DNA of 64,000 bases, taken from assembly GCF_009834535.1 (NCBI RefSeq), contig NC_045697.1, forward strand, positions 47,184,001-47,248,000. Direction: 5' to 3'. The DNA is from Camelus ferus (taxonomy: Eukaryota). The position numbers and the translations under genes are program-made. The notes below the pieces were generated by a model, which was not told the origin of the DNA, searched no databases, and saw nothing but the letters and a program-made list of their open reading frames with translations. Shown here one piece after another: positions 1-15,460 of this stretch; position 1 is the first letter of the stretch; the number at the start of each line of letters is the position of its first letter.

Positions 1-1607
1 CTCAGAAAAAGCTAAAACCCGTATTTGAGCTGCATTTCAAATGTAGAAACAAATAAAATTTCATTATTCAAAATCATATTCTGAAAATTAAAAGTATTCT
101 AATGAAAAATTTAAAAATCAGATTCAGAAAGCAAACAATATATACTGAAGGTCTTTTAAAACAAGAAGCACATAATTCCCAAATCGTTCCCTATTTTTCA
201 AACAGGTATCATATCCTAAAGAAAAATTTTCATACTCTGTCTAATTTCATCATTAAAATTTAAAAAGTCAACATTTTTCTAACCTCTTAAAATGATCATC
301 CAACAATCTTCATAACTCTGAGATTACACTTATTACCATTTAATTTAAAAAGCCATACAGTCCAACCTATCATCCTATTTAAATTTTAATACTTGGTTTT
401 TGTTAACAAGAAAATTAAATTTTATCTGCAGTAGATTGCACCATTGGCCCCAAATACTCACTCCCCTAAAAAGTGAAGCTCATTTAGTTCCCTTTTTAAA
501 ATGTCTTCTGGATGGCAATTAATTAAACTCATCCAGGGTTATGATTATTCTTGATTAAATTATTTTCAAAAAGTTACAAGGAGCCAAGGACTATTAGTCA
601 ACTCTAACCCACTTAAGAATTAGTATGTTAAATGCTAGAATTCAAGAAAGTAGAATAAAGAAAATCAGCTTTTTTTTCCTTAAAGAGATCACAATGCTTT
701 ACAGTAGAGAAGAGACATGAATAAAGAAAAACCATCAAGAAAACATCTAATTTTTATATTATACGTGGAAATAAATTACTAACAGATCACAATAGGTATT
801 ATAATATTGATTCACTTCATTTTCCTCTTACAAGACTGGAGGAAGTGAGACCACATTTCCTCCATTACCATCACCATCATCCTTCTCCTTCAACCTTCAG
901 GAAGGGACAACAGTTCCTGGTATCATAATTAACAGTCATAACTGTCTTAAAAGAATCTAAAAATAAACCAGGGTCCCCTATAACCCAAACTGCCAGATAT
1001 AATCTAACGGGAAAAGAAAAGGGCAAGTTTGCAGGAAACACTGTTGCTTGCCCCCTTCACACATATTTAAGTAAAAACAATTTTTCAGGGATTTTAATAA
1101 TTATTATTGTAATTCTTAAGGCATACTAAACAAGTAAATATTTCTTTGAACCTACCACATTAGATCCAAATAAAATGTGACTTTTTTCCTTCTAATGTTT
1201 ATAAATGACTACATAATTTTATACAAATTATAGATCAAAATGTATCCTTTAAACTTATTACATGTAATACATTCAAAGATAACATAAGAGAGTGCTTGAA
1301 AAAAATCTTATAATACTAATATGGACAAAGTATGCTCTTCTTGGTTGGATTATGAAAGAAATGCATAGGAAACATGTCAGGTAACTGCTCTTTACCTGCT
1401 TAATTTCCTGTTTTAAACTCAAGAGCATTTTTCTAATTGTCTGTTTACATGCTCATATCATCACTGCAACAGCTATGACTAGATTTTAAATCTTTTCTAA
1501 CAGCATTCCTTAATTAGACAAATAATTAAAACTTAGATTGCATTATGTGTCCAGAATTAGGTGACAGCTGCCCAGGGAGAAATCAAGACACCCAATAACC
1601 CATTTTA

Positions 1608-1778
<171 letters not shown>

Positions 1779-3061
1779 TTAAAAATTGGAAAACACACAC
1801 TTTAAAGCTCTATTGTTAGTGATGATGTGAATTCTAAATTAATATATTTAAAGAATTTCACAAAGTAAGATTTAAAAGTATGGAATCCGACATCTCAAAA
1901 GGTTTCAATGGAAAATTTACTTACATGTCACTGTCATCTTCAAACAGGCAAATATTCAATGAATACTTATTTTTTAATTAAATGAGGAAGAAGATGGTTC
2001 ATCCGAAAGTAACCATCTCCAAAAGTGAGAGTATGAGAGTCTTTTGGGACTAAAAATAAAGTATCAGAACTTTTACTTATATTTCTATCTCTAAAAAATA
2101 AATATATTAAGCTCTAATATTTATGAACCAAAAATTATACTCTCATTTGTTTGTTTTGTCTGCACCATATTGCAATTTATGACTATGTAGTTAAGTGGAT
2201 TTATGAATGTATGTACTTTTAACTAAAGACCATGAAATGGTGAACAAATAGAAATATGAACAAATAGCTGAAAAAGTTTTCTGTAAAGAAACCATAGATT
2301 AAAGATAATACTAATAGTACAAGTACAAGGAAATAAGAAGAAAATGGCAATTCTGACATTTCTGCTCTTAGTACAAGACAATCATCAACACATAATAAAG
2401 TTAAAAATAATAATGAATTAAGTTAGGCCTGTCTATGAATTAAAAAACAATGATCAAGAATACTACTCAAAATAATATTTTTTACAAAATAATAATTTAC
2501 ATCAATTATCATTAAAATAAACCTAGTTTTAACCGTGCAATGTAATTTGAGATATTGGCTAATGGCAGCTAACATGGGAATAACTTATAAACATAAATAA
2601 TAGAGGATGTGTCATCAAAAAAGAGCCGGAAGACAACTGCTCTAAAGAGCTCATCTCCCCTAAAATACCTTGTTTAAAAGCACAGGATTTGAACGTTGCT
2701 ATTGTTGATGATTACTATATGTTTATGTATCTCAAAATTACACAAATCCTATTGAAAGGAAGAATTATGGTACAATAGTACCATATCTGAGCCCAAGTTA
2801 GTCAGAAAACTTAGTCTAAGATGCCCTCTTACCTTGGGGTAAACCTTTTCATCCTTTTGACTAATAGCCTTTCTTTAAAAAAAGCAAGTCTCAAAGCCTG
2901 ATCAACTCTAGTGTAGCTAAGGGACAGGGATAATAGCAGAATTCAGATTAAGTTAGATTGTATAAACATGTCTATCTTCAAAGAAGAGAGATCAAAATAT
3001 ATGTGTTGATAAGGATGTTGATTAAAAATAAGAAAATCTCCTTCTTAGCAGTTGGGTAGGA

Positions 3062-3760
3062 GTGTCAATAACAAGTGTTTACAAGGAAGTAGAAAAACTA
3101 GAACCCTCATATACTGCTGGTTTGGCTGCTACGGAAAACAGTTTAATGGTTCCTAAAAAAGTCAGATATGGAATTGACCCAGCAATTCAACTCTTAGATA
3201 CATACCCAAAAGAAGTGAAAAGTACTCAAATAAATAAATATGTACACATAATTGTAGCAGCACTATTCACAATAGTCAAAAGGTAGAAACAGCCCAAATA
3301 TCCATCCACGGTTTGAAAAAATATTCCATCAACAGATGAACAGATAAACAAACTGTGATATATATGGTATACATAATGGAATATTATTCAGCCATGAAAA
3401 GGAATAAAGTGCCAACAAGTGCTACAATGTGGATGAACCTCAAAAACATGCTAAGTGAAAGAAGTCAGACACAAAAGGTCACATATTGCATGATTCCATT
3501 TCTATGAAAGATCCAGAATAGGTCAATCCATAGAGGTAACACAGATGGGTGGTTGCCAGGGGCTGGAACAAGAGTAGAATGGGGTGCAACTGCTGAATGG
3601 GCAGAGGGGTTCCTTTAGAAGCAATGAAAAGGTTTTAGAACCAGACAGAGGTAGTTGTTGCACAACATTGTCAATGTACTAAATACGGCTGAAATGTTCA
3701 CATCGAAATGTGACTTATAAAATGTGTAACATGAATTTTACCTCAATAAAACAAAAAGTT
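3062..3760 (+). mobile_element. 5'-truncated L1 (L1MB-like 3' end)
   Basis: The ORF2 C-terminal relic (DPAIQLLDTYP, AALFTIVKR) is followed by a typical 3' UTR ending in cctcaataaaa. Confidence 0.85.
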
Positions 3761-4014
3761 ATATATATTAGCACTTAATAAACACTGGATGAGGAGGAGG
3801 AAGAGGAAGACGGGGGAACAAGAATAAGAAGCCATTCAGAACACTGACAATAAGCAACCCTAGAAAAAAAGGAAATTTTTATTTTGTAACTTTTTTTTAA
3901 ACTGCTTAGTTAAGTGCAGTTTTCTTTAATGGCCTATTAAAATATTTTTCACTTTTCCTAATATTTAAAAAGAATTTTTTTCCTCGTTGAAGCATACTTT
4001 ACCATATACTACAG

Positions 4015-4017
<3 letters not shown>

Positions 4018-4054
<37 letters not shown>
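4018..4054. repeat. (AC)18 microsatellite
   Basis: Read directly. Confidence 0.95.
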
Positions 4055-4056
<2 letters not shown>

Positions 4057-4520
4057 GGGTCCACTTTACAGCATGATTTTAAAAATGAAAAAATGAAAAG
4101 CAAAACTGTTGTTTGTGAGTACAAACACATACAGTGAGTGTATTAAATACCCATGGAATAGGTAAGCACCAAATTCAGGACAGGGGTTTCTTTCTGGGTG
4201 AGGATAACAGCATAAGGATAACAGAATACACAGAAGACTTCAAATTATCTGTAAGATTTTAACTCTTTGCTGAGTAGTGGGTAAACTGCTGTTCACTAAT
4301 TCTCTAAATTTTTCTATTCCCCAAATATTCTGTAATTAAATTATTTTTAAAAGGAAAAAAGAAAGCAGAGTAGCTTGCCTGTTGAACTACAACAGGGAAA
4401 GGAGGAGAGGAAGGAGTTGGCTGCATTTAGCCCTAAGTATGGCTATAAGGAACATCCTTCAAAGGTTTTCTAGATATACATAGGCCAATAAGCAGCTTAC
4501 CTAAAAGCTGGTTAATATTA

Positions 4521-4718
<198 letters not shown>

Positions 4719-5029
4719 TTAAATAAAAAGAATCTGAAACTACTGCTGAAATCATGTAACATCTTAGAGAAGCTTAATCTCAGAGGGAAATAAACTGTAC
4801 ACAAGACAAAAATTGGAACAGTAAGCAACTAATATACTAAGTTAACAGCTGAAACATGGGCTTCCTGTGACAATCATGAAGCAGCACATACAGGATAACA
4901 TGCTTCTCAGGTGAACATGATTCTCTAATTTTAAAGTTTACAATAGTAGTATCATTTGGATGGGAACAGTTCTTATGTAGAATGTGGAAAATGCAACGAC
5001 ATAACTATACTACTACAGTTTAGCAGTAT

Positions 5030-5590
5030 TCTAGTGACTGCCTACCCATCTGACTCCCCTTCTCTGCTACTTAATATGAGACATCAAGGGATCAGATGTG
5101 TAAGGCCCTCCCTCCTCCCTCCTCCAGGTCCAGGGGATGAACTAACATTGTTCTAAGGCGATAATGGGAATCCCATTTCCTCTTGTCAGCAACTGATTTA
5201 GAACTGGACATGTAACCAGTTTTGGCTAATGGGACAGAAGGGAAGATCTGCTAAGGGCTGCAGGGAAAGATTTTCCTCTCAGGAAAAAAATAAAAGAGAG
5301 AGAGAGAGAGGGCTATAAAGAAGGTCTTGCTCTTCTTCCAGCTTTTGGATTCTCCTATATAAGTATATAATGCTTAGACCTATGGAAGCCATCTGTGGCC
5401 ACGATGGAAAAAAGAATCAGAAAGAAAAGGACCCAGAACACTGACACAGTTAGGCTACTGAATTAGACAACTGTAGATCCACCGCCTTCCAGAACTCTCA
5501 TGTAAGATGATAAATGACCTCACTATTTATGTCATAGTTACTTGGACAGTCTGTTAAACATACCCAAGAGAGCATCGTATCTGAAACGCA
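5030..5590. mobile_element. Ancient ERVL/MaLR-type LTR relic
   Basis: Contains ggacatgtaaccagttttggctaatgggacagaagggaagatctgct...gggaaagattttcc, typical of MLT1/LTR33-class LTRs. Subfamily not resolved. Confidence 0.55.
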
Positions 5591-7399
5591 TAGCCAGGTA
5601 TTCTAAAGAACAAATGCTTCTGTCACATTTAAAACAAAGTTTTCCACCTTCAGTTTTTAAAACTCATTTTAACATAGAATATTTTGTAGCTTAATTATAA
5701 TTTTAAAACAAAAAAATGGTATGTCACTTTTATCAATCTGCTAGTCCTTCTAAAGCAGCAAATTCAGCAACGATAAGACACTAGCACTCCAGTTCAGTAC
5801 AAAGCACTCAAAGGAAAAGTAAACCATTGGAGATAAACAACAGGGGAAAAGAGCTCCTAGGACACGCCAGAATCAGCGCAGATTTATTCCAGAGTCTAAC
5901 TGCAGGTATAAGAAACTGTACGACTCCCATCTTACAGATATGGATTTCCATGTATACAGTTTCGGGGAAATTAAATCAACCACCTCACAAGGCAGTTACC
6001 AGGAGAGAAAAAGATGATGTTTGGGAAAGGTACTTAAGTAAAAGCTCTAACAATGCAGGGCATTTCTTTAAAAGATGTTCACTTAGCATTAATTTTATGT
6101 GCAAGCATTAACAAATTAGTAGCATTAATAAAGTGCTACTTAAACTAGTCAAATTTTATTAAAAAATTAGGGAAAATGCTAAAATTTAGACTACTCTAGA
6201 TATGAAGGTAGTATGGGTACAGGTCAAGATAAATCATTTATATAGCATTTATTTTGAGACATTCTAGAGATTCCCCTAGAGCAATGTTTCTCCAACATAA
6301 CTGCATTAGAATTGCCTGGTGAGCTGGTGGTATGTGTGTATGTGGCAGGGTGGGGGGTAGCTGTGTGTGAGGGGGTTAATATTGAATAGTTTCTAGGTTC
6401 TGACCTCAAGTCTGATTCAGAAGGTCTCAGGCCAAATGTATGTATTTTGCTGAAAATTCCCCTACTCATTTTTCTTGTTTTGTATATGTTAAGAATATAT
6501 AATGATATAAATTGGTTATTAACTGGGGCAGGGCAGGTGGAGTCCCCCAGGTGATTCTGAAGTACAACCTAGTTAAGTACACAATGAACCAGGGCAAAAA
6601 TTCCTGAAGAAACCATGGATCCTATATATCCATTCTCAACCATCCACATAACAAAGTAATTTTAACCCTATGAATTAGGAAAATTAGGGGGAAATATTAA
6701 GTTTTATTCATAAAACTCCTGTTCCTAAAAGTTAAAGTTCAACAGCTGCACCAATCCTACATCAGACAAAGATCCACCAAAATGTTAAATTTTCTACGTG
6801 TTCATCAACTATGATCTGTACCTAAACATGGTAAATAATGGTCAACAGTACCTGCTCTCAAATGAAATGGGGTTGTTTATATTTCTCCAAATACTATATT
6901 TTCCAAAATTTTCTGATGAAGTTTTTAAAGTTAGCTAATAATATTTCTGTTTGAAGGCGGCACTCAGTGGGAGGTAACTAGTTAAGACATTATAGTAATC
7001 CAAGAGAGGACTATCACCTGCTTGCCACCAATTCCTCAACACATCTTCTTCACAGAAGTCTTTCATGACCAACCCAATCCATGCTCATCACTCCCTCAGG
7101 CACCTCCAACCAGAGTTTTGACTATATTTTTACATATTTCAATTTTCAACTCATGTCATACATAAATCAGAAGATCACTGGCAGTATCCACAAATTCCAC
7201 TTATTATATATTTCTATGTCCAATTCAATATATTGTTCAAGTCCAGTTCAAGACACAGTCGTTAAATTAATGCTAAATTTACAATTCCAAATATGGGATT
7301 ATGAAGAATACTATAAAATTTCCAAATGTTCTCAAAATCCTACAAAAATAAAAGAACCAGTGACAGATACTGGTCTTTGTTATGTTAAAGAGGTGATTA

Positions 7400-10300
7400 C
7401 TGCTGGGGCCCCCAGACAGCTTCAGGCTGGACACTGGTCCCAGAAAAACCAACTACTTCCAGTGAGCCTGAATCTAGGGGCTGAGATCCTGCCCTTTGGG
7501 ACCTTGACAGGTCTTGGCACATAAACAAACCTAGGAGCAATAAAAATGTAATAGGCTATTTGGACAAGCACCGAGTTTGAGAGACAACCACAGGCTGAGG
7601 CAGGGTTGAACAACAAGGTCATCTCCTACATAAGGCCACTCCTTCAAAACTGAGAGAAGCAGTCATTTCATCTATGTGTAGAAACCAACCCAGAGAGTTA
7701 AGCAAAACAAAGAAACAGAGGACTATGTTCCAAATGAAAGAATAAGATAAAACCTCAGAAAAACAACCTTACTGAAAGAGAGAGAAGTAATTTACCTGAT
7801 AAAAGAATTCAAAGTAATGATCATAAAGATGCTCAGCAAACTGAGGATTAGAACAGATGAACAGTGAGAATTTCAACAAAGAAAGGGAAAAACATCAGAA
7901 AATACCAAATAGACGTCACAGAGCTGAAGAATAAAATAACTTAACTGAAAAATACACTGGAGGGACTAAACAGCAAACTAGATGAAGCAGAAAAAAGAAT
8001 CAGTGAACTCAAAGACAAGCCAGTGGAACTCAACCAATCAGAGCAGCAAAAAGAAAAAAGAATGAAGAAGAGTGAAGACAGTTTAAGGGGCTTATCTAAC
8101 AATATTGAACAGACAAATATTAACAATGCAGGGCTCCCAGAAGGAGAAGAGAGAAAAGGAAATAAATCTTATTTGAAGAAATAACAGCTGAAAATTTCCT
8201 TAACTTGAGTAATTAAACAGACCTCGAGATCCAGGAAGCCCAAAAAGCTCCAATTAAGAGGAATCTAAAGAGACGACATCAAGACATTATATTTTTGACA
8301 TTATAGTTAAAATGTCAAAAGTTAAAGACAAGCAGAAAACATTAAAGCATCAAGAGAAAAACAACCTGTTACATACAAGGGAATCCCATAAGACTATAAG
8401 CAGATATTTTTAGGAAAGACTTTGCAGGCCAGAAGGGAGTGTCATGATACATTCAAAGTGCTGAAAGGACAAAACTTTCAACCAAGAATACTGCACCAGG
8501 CAAAGTTTTCACTCAGAAGTGAAGGAGAGAGAAAGAGACAAGCAAAAGCTAAAGATGTCCATTACCACTAAACAGGTCTTAGAAGAAATTTGTTAAGGGG
8601 ACTTCCTTAAGCAGTAAAAAGAAAAGGTAGTAATTAGTAGCAAGAACACAGATGAATGAACAAATCTCACTGGAAAGATAAATATACAGCAAAGGTAGGG
8701 ATTAATCATTTATAAACTAATGTGAAGGTTAAAAGCAAAAGTAGTAAAAAGAACTATGATTATAACAGTTAAGGGATAACAAGATTAAAGGATGTAAAAT
8801 GTGACATTAAAAATATACAATGTGAAGGAGAGAGAGTAATAGTGTTGATCTTTACAACAGTAACAAACGTAAGTTGCTATCAACTTAAAATAGACTGTTA
8901 CAGATACACTTTTATGTGTAAGGCTCATGGTATCCATAAAGCAAAAACCTCTATGGGCAAACTCAGAGATATTATAGGTTCAGTTCCCAACCACTATAAT
9001 AAATAAATATAATAAGGCATATTTCAATAAAGCAAGCCAGGAATTTTCTGGTTTTCTACTATATATAAAAGTTACCTTTACACTAAACTGAAGTCTATTA
9101 ATTGTGCAATAGTATTAGGTCTTTAAAAAACACCAATGTGCATACCTTAATTTAAAAATACTTTATTACAAAAAATGCTACCCATCACTTAAGCTTTCAG
9201 TGAGTCTTAGTAGTAACAGCAAAGATAATTGATTACAGATCACCATGAATATAATAATAATGAAAAAGTTTAAAATATTGCAAGAATTACCAAAATGTGA
9301 CAAAGTGAGCAAATACTGTTGGAAAAATGGTGCTGACAGACTTACTCAAGGTAAAGTTGCCACAAACCTTTCATTTGTAAAAATTCAGTATTTGTAAAAA
9401 TGCAATAAAGGGAAGCACAATAAAACAAAGCACAATAAAACAAAGTATGCCTATAGTAAGCATACAAAGATAAAGAGAAAAGAACACAAGCAAACATCAG
9501 AGAAAGCCATCAAACCACAAAAGAGAGCAAAAAAGAAACAAAGAACAAAAAAATGCAGAAAAAAATTAGTAAAATGGAAATAAGCACATACCTATTTATA
9601 GTTACATTAAATGTAAATAGAGTAAATTCTCCAATCAAAAGACAGAGTGGTTGAATACGATTTTTTAAAAACCAATCTATATACTGTCTACAAAAGACTT
9701 TATATGTAAAGCACATACAGACTGAAAGCAAAGGGATTAAAAAAATACTCTATGCAAATGAAAATCAAAATAAAGCTTAAGTAGCTACACATATATCAGA
9801 CAAAACAGATTTAAAATGAAGACTATATAGTAAGAGACAAGGATGTTACATGATAGAGAAATCAATCCATAAAGAGGATGTAACATTTGTAAATATATAT
9901 GTACCCAACATAAGAGCACCTAAATATATAGAGCAAATATTAACAGAACTAAAAGGAGAAATAGACAGCAATACAGTAATACTAGGGAATTTTAATACCC
10001 AACTTACATTAATAGATAGATATTCAGAAAGAAAATCAACAAGAAAACATAAGCCTTAAATGATACATTAGACCAGATGGACTTAACAAATATTTATAGA
10101 CCACTCCATCCAAAAGCAATAGAAGACACATTCTTCTCAAGTGCATATGGAATATTTTCCAAGATAGATCATATGTTAGGCCACAAAAGAGTCTAAATAA
10201 ATTTAAGAGAACTGAAATCACATCGAGCATCTTTTCTGACCACAATAGTATGAAACTAGAAATTAATTATATAATGGAAACTGAAAAATTCAAAAATATG

Positions 10301-13300
10301 TGGACATTAAAGAATATGCTACTGAACAATCAATGTGTTAAAGAAGAAATCAAGAAGTATACCTTGAGACAAATGAAAATTAAATGTAATATGCCAAAAT
10401 TTATGAGATGAAGCAAATGTAATTCTAAGAGGGAAGTTCACAGTGATAAGTGTCTAACTCAAGAAACAGGAAAAGTCTCAAATAAACAACCTAACTTTAC
10501 ACCTCAAGGAACTACAAAAAGAACAAAGCCTAAAGTTAGAAGGAAGGAAATAACAGAGACTAGAGAAGAAATAAATGAGATAGAGACTAAAAAGTAAATA
10601 CAAAAGATCAATAAAACTAAGATATGGTTCTTTGAAAAGATAAGCAACACTGACAAGGAAAAAAAAAAAAGGCAGAGGACTCAATTGGAAATGAAAGAGA
10701 AGATATTACAACTGATACCACAGAAATGCAAAGGATCTTAAGAGACTACTAACCAAGTGAAAAACCCAGAAGAAATGAGAAAAACTCCTAGAAATATAAA
10801 ATCTACTAGGACTGAATCAAGATGAAACAGACAACCAGAACAGACCAATTACTAGTAAGGAGACTGAATCAGTAATCAAAAACCTCTCCACAAAAGTCCA
10901 AGACCAGACAGCTTCATGGGTGAATTCTACCAAACATTCGAAGTAAAGTTAGTATCAATCCTTTCCAAGCTTTTCAAAAAGAATAGATGGGGAGGTAACT
11001 CTTCCAAACTCATTTTACAAGGACAGAATTACCCTGATACCAAAACCTCACAAGAATATTACAAGAAAATTACAGGCCAATATCCCTGGATGCATACAAA
11101 TTCAAGAATCCTCAACCAACAAAACATTAGCAAACTGAATTCAACAGCACATTAAAAGGATAATAAACCACTGATGAAGTGGAATTTATGCCACAGATGC
11201 AAGGACAGTTCTACACCCACAAATCAGTCAATGTGATACAGCATTAACAACATGAAGGATAAAAATCATATGATCATCTCAATAGATGCAGGAAAAAAGT
11301 TGACAAACTTCAACATCCATCTATAATAAAAGCTCTCAACAAAGCAGGTATAGAGGCAATGTACCTCAGCCTAATAAAGGCCATATACAACAAGCCCACA
11401 GCTAACATTGTAGTCAAAAGTGAAAAGCTGAAAGCTCTTCCACTAGGATCAGGAATAAAACAAGGATGCCCCCTCACAACTTTTATTCAGCATAGTATTA
11501 GAAGTTCTAGCCAAAGCAATTAGGCAAGGAAAACAAAATTAAAAGCATCCAAATTGGAAAGAAAGAAGGAAAACTGTCACTATTCACAGATGATATGATA
11601 TTAAATATAGAAAACCCTAAGACTCCATTAACTATTAGAACTAATAAATGAATTCAGTAAAGTTGCAGGATACAAAATCAATACATAAACATCTACTGCA
11701 TTTCTATACACTAATAATGAATTATCAAAAGAGAAATTAAGAAAATAATCTCATTTACAATTGCATCAAAAAGAATAAAATACCTAGGAATAAATTTAGC
11801 CAAAAAGGTGAAAGGTTTGTATATTGAAAGCTACAAGACACTAATAAAATAAATTGAAGAAGATGCAAATAGATGGAAAGATATTCCATGCTCATGAATT
11901 AGAAGAATGAATATAGTTAAAATGTCCATACTACCCAAAGCAACACACAGATTCAATACAATCTCTATCAATTCCAATGGCATTTTTCACAAAAGTAGAA
12001 CCAAAAATTCTAAAATTTGTATAAAAGACCACAAATAGCCAAAGCAATCTTGAGAAAAAAGAACAAAGTTGGAAGCATCACACTCCATGGTTTCAAACAA
12101 TCTTACAAGGCTATAGTAATTAAGAGTATGGTACTGCAGAAAAACAAGACAGATGAAACAATGGAACACAACAGAGAGCCCCAAATTAAATAAACCCAGA
12201 CATACACAGTCAATTAATTTATGAGAAAGGAAACAAGAATATACAATGGGGAAAAGATAATCTCTTCAATAAATGGTGCTAGGAAAATTAAACAGTCACA
12301 TGCAAAAGAATGTAACTGGACCCCTATCTTACACCACACACAAAGATTAACTCAAAATGGATTAAAAACTTTACTGTAAGATCTGAAACCATAAAACTCC
12401 TAGAAGAAAACACAAGCAGTAAGCTCCTTGACATAGGTCTTGACAATAATTTTTGAACCTGACTCCAAAAGCAAAAGCAACAAAAGCAAAACTAAACAAG
12501 TGGGGCTACATTACACTAAAAGTTCTCATAGCAAAGGATATCATCAACAAAATGAAAAGGAAACATACTGAATGGGAGAAAGTATTTGCAAATCATATAT
12601 TTGATAAGAAACCAAGGTCTAAAATATATAAAGAACTCATACAATTCAACAGCAAAAAAAAAAAAATTCTGATTTTTAAAATGAGCAGAAAATATGAAGA
12701 GACATTTTTCTAATGAAGACATACAGATGGACAATAGGTACATGAAAAGATGCTCTACATCATTAATCATCAGGGAAATGCAAATCAAAACCACAATTAG
12801 AGATCACCTCACACCTGTCAGAATGACTATTATCAAAAAGACTAGAAATAGCAAGTGTTGGAGATGATGTAGCTAAAAGACGACCCTTGTGCACTATTGG
12901 AATGAAAACTGGGGGCAACTACTATAAACAACAGTATGGCAGGTCCTCAAAAACTTAAAAATAGACCTACCTAAAATACGATTCAGCAATTCTATTTCTG
13001 AATATTTATCTGCAGAAAATAAAAAGACTAATTTGAAAAGATACATGCACTCTTATATTCATTGTAGCATTATTTACAATAGCCAAGATACGGAAACAAC
13101 TTAAGTGGCCACTGATGGATGAACAAATTAAAAAACTGTAGTTTGTATGTATGTATATACACATACACATACATACATACAATGGAATATTATTCAGTCA
13201 TAAAAAGGAATCTAGCCATTTACAATAGCATAGATGAACCTTGAGGGCATTTATGCTAAGTGAGATAAGTCACATAGAGAAAGACAAATACCATATGATC

Positions 13301-13470
13301 TCTCTTCTCTGTGGAATCTAAAAATATTTTTTAAAAATTAAATGTGAAAAAAACTAAGCTCATATAGAGAACAGACTAGTAGTTTGCCACAAATGGAGGT
13401 TTGTGGGTTGAAAAAAATGGGTGAAATGTTTTTGTCTTTTTAGTTTAAATAAATTAAAATATTTAAATAA
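7400..13470 (+). mobile_element. Old near-full-length LINE-1 (L1MA-like), degenerate
   Basis: Colinear ORF1 relic (about 7700-8615), spacer and ORF2 relic (about 9573-13320), with ORF-track fragments such as FVNIYVPNIRAPKYI, GEFYQTF and [11 protein letters not shown]. Many stops and frameshifts. Ends are approximate. Confidence 0.92.
8954..9453 (-). mobile_element. Internally deleted Tigger1-derived DNA transposon (Tigger1a-like) nested in the old L1
   Basis: Both Tigger1 termini are recognisable (degenerate CAGGCATACCTC TIRs) and TA is duplicated at 8952-8953 and 9454-9455. L1 sequence resumes on both sides. Confidence 0.8.
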
Positions 13471-14989
13471 TGGGAGATGGGTTATTCTGGATTTTAAAAG
13501 ACATTACAACCAAATTCAACACATAATCTTTGATTAAATTTCAGTTTCAAAAGAAACCATACATGTTCTTTGTGGTGGTGAACTATCTGAAAATAAGTTG
13601 TAGATTAATGTAATCTTACTTATTAATATTTCATATGTATTTAAACACATATACATTCTTAAAATGCACATATTACTCTGTATAACCACAGTACTTCTGT
13701 CCCATCTAAGAAAATGAACAATAATTCTAATACAATCTTGATTCAAAATTACACATTTTTTAAAAATCTATAAAGAAAAAATGGTAAAATGTTATTAGTA
13801 GCTGAATCTAGACGAAGGGATATGGTTATTCACTGTACTACTCCTTCAAACTGTCTGTACATTTTGAAAATTTTCATAATAAAGTTGGAAGAAAAAGAAC
13901 AAGAGACCCAAGATATTTTCCCCAGGTAATTCCTCTCTCTCCTGCCATCCAACAACCCACCACCATCACTGAGAATTATTCTACAAGAACGACAATGTTG
14001 CTGATTATCCAGACTCACAACTTCCCCAAAGACACCATTAGTCCCTTGCCCAGAAAAAATGTTTATGGTATCCTAGAGACCTACTGCTCCAACATCCCAA
14101 CACACAACAAGCACTTAATGTTTCTCTACTGTATATAGTATCAGATACGCAAATCAACAAGATAGAGGAAATACTAAGTTGTCAGCAACTTCTGGTTTCA
14201 ACCATTGCCAAAGAAAACAAAGTCATTTGAAAAGTATCTTCAAAAGTATATAAGTGGAACAGGTACTTATTTGGCTGTGGGATTTGAGCCAGAGGAAAGC
14301 TCCTCCTATCCAATGACCACTGGCCTGTGAGACAACAAAGTTTCATTACTCTAGGTTAAGGCAGACTCCAGACGTTTCTTTTTTTAAAGTAAAAATATCT
14401 CTAGAAAGGATTACTAACTTAAATTCATGCAAAGTTACTTGTATCAGTGTGTGCCATCTAGTATAAGGCTTAGTCAGGTACATCTGGGTGGGGAACAAGA
14501 GGAGGGGGAGCTGGAAACAAAATGGCAAGAGCACAACATTCATACAGCTCTGACTATATACAAAGCATTGCTAAGAACATTAGCTTATTCAGTTCTCACA
14601 GCATCATGAGGCAACTTAATATCAACAGCAATTTAATGCTATTGCCATTCTATAGATGAGGAATAAACTAAACATGGAGAAAGAAGGCAAGCACCTAGTC
14701 CAGTTACAGAAAGCTGATAAGATGATTGTTTTTTTTTTTCTCATAAATCTCATGTTCTAATGATTTCTACATTCACACCTGTCTTTGTAATGCCAGAGGA
14801 AAAGTCTATGAAGGGTCTGGGAATAACATTACAATTGTGGAGGAACAAAAGAAAAATGGGATAATCAAGAAAGAATAATGCCCCCTCTCCCCTAGAGGTT
14901 TCTTCTTGGTGGAATCTTACTTAGTAAGCAGTATTCCTTACACAGAAGAGCCCTGTAGGTCAAAACCATGTTTGATTTGGACAGCACAG

Positions 14990-15460
14990 CACCTTAGAAG
15001 ACTGGTATATTTCAAATGACAATCTAGATTTTTCAGTTTCTCTTAAAAAAAAAACTTGAAAATAAGGAAACAGAGAGTCCTCATTCCTATATGACATCAA
15101 TCAGATGGAGATGTCAGCTGCCGTCCCCTTTACACAGGGCATGTGCTCTGCAGTTCATCACAGCTCCCTCTATTCTTGACAGTTTCAATGATTCACTGGC
15201 CCACTTCACTATTTTTTTTTAATTCTTATCTTTTTAATTGAATTGTAGTTAATTTACAATGTTAGTTTCTGGTGTACAGCTAAGCGATTCAGTTATATAT
15301 ATATATATTCTTTTCCATTACAGCTCATTACAAAAAAATTGACTATAGTTCCCTGTGCTATACAGTAGGTCCTTATTCTTTACCTATTTTATATATAGTA
15401 GTGTGTGTCTGTTAATCCCAAACTCCCACTCCACTCTTGTAAATTACCTACCCCGGTCTG
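14990..15460 (-). mobile_element. hAT-Charlie-type fossil (MER102-like), split by an L1 fragment
   Basis: cccctttacacagggcatgtgctctgcagttc ... cccacttcact | cttgtaaattaccta. A related piece lies at about 56800-56990. Confidence 0.45.
15211..15424 (-). mobile_element. Short 5'-truncated L1 3' end (cetartiodactyl type), sense to BMP2K
   Basis: Poly-T head followed by tttacaatgttagtttctggtgtacagc...ccctgtgctatacagtagg. Flanked by CCCACTTCACT (15200-15210) and CCCACTCCACT (15425-15435). Confidence 0.8.
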
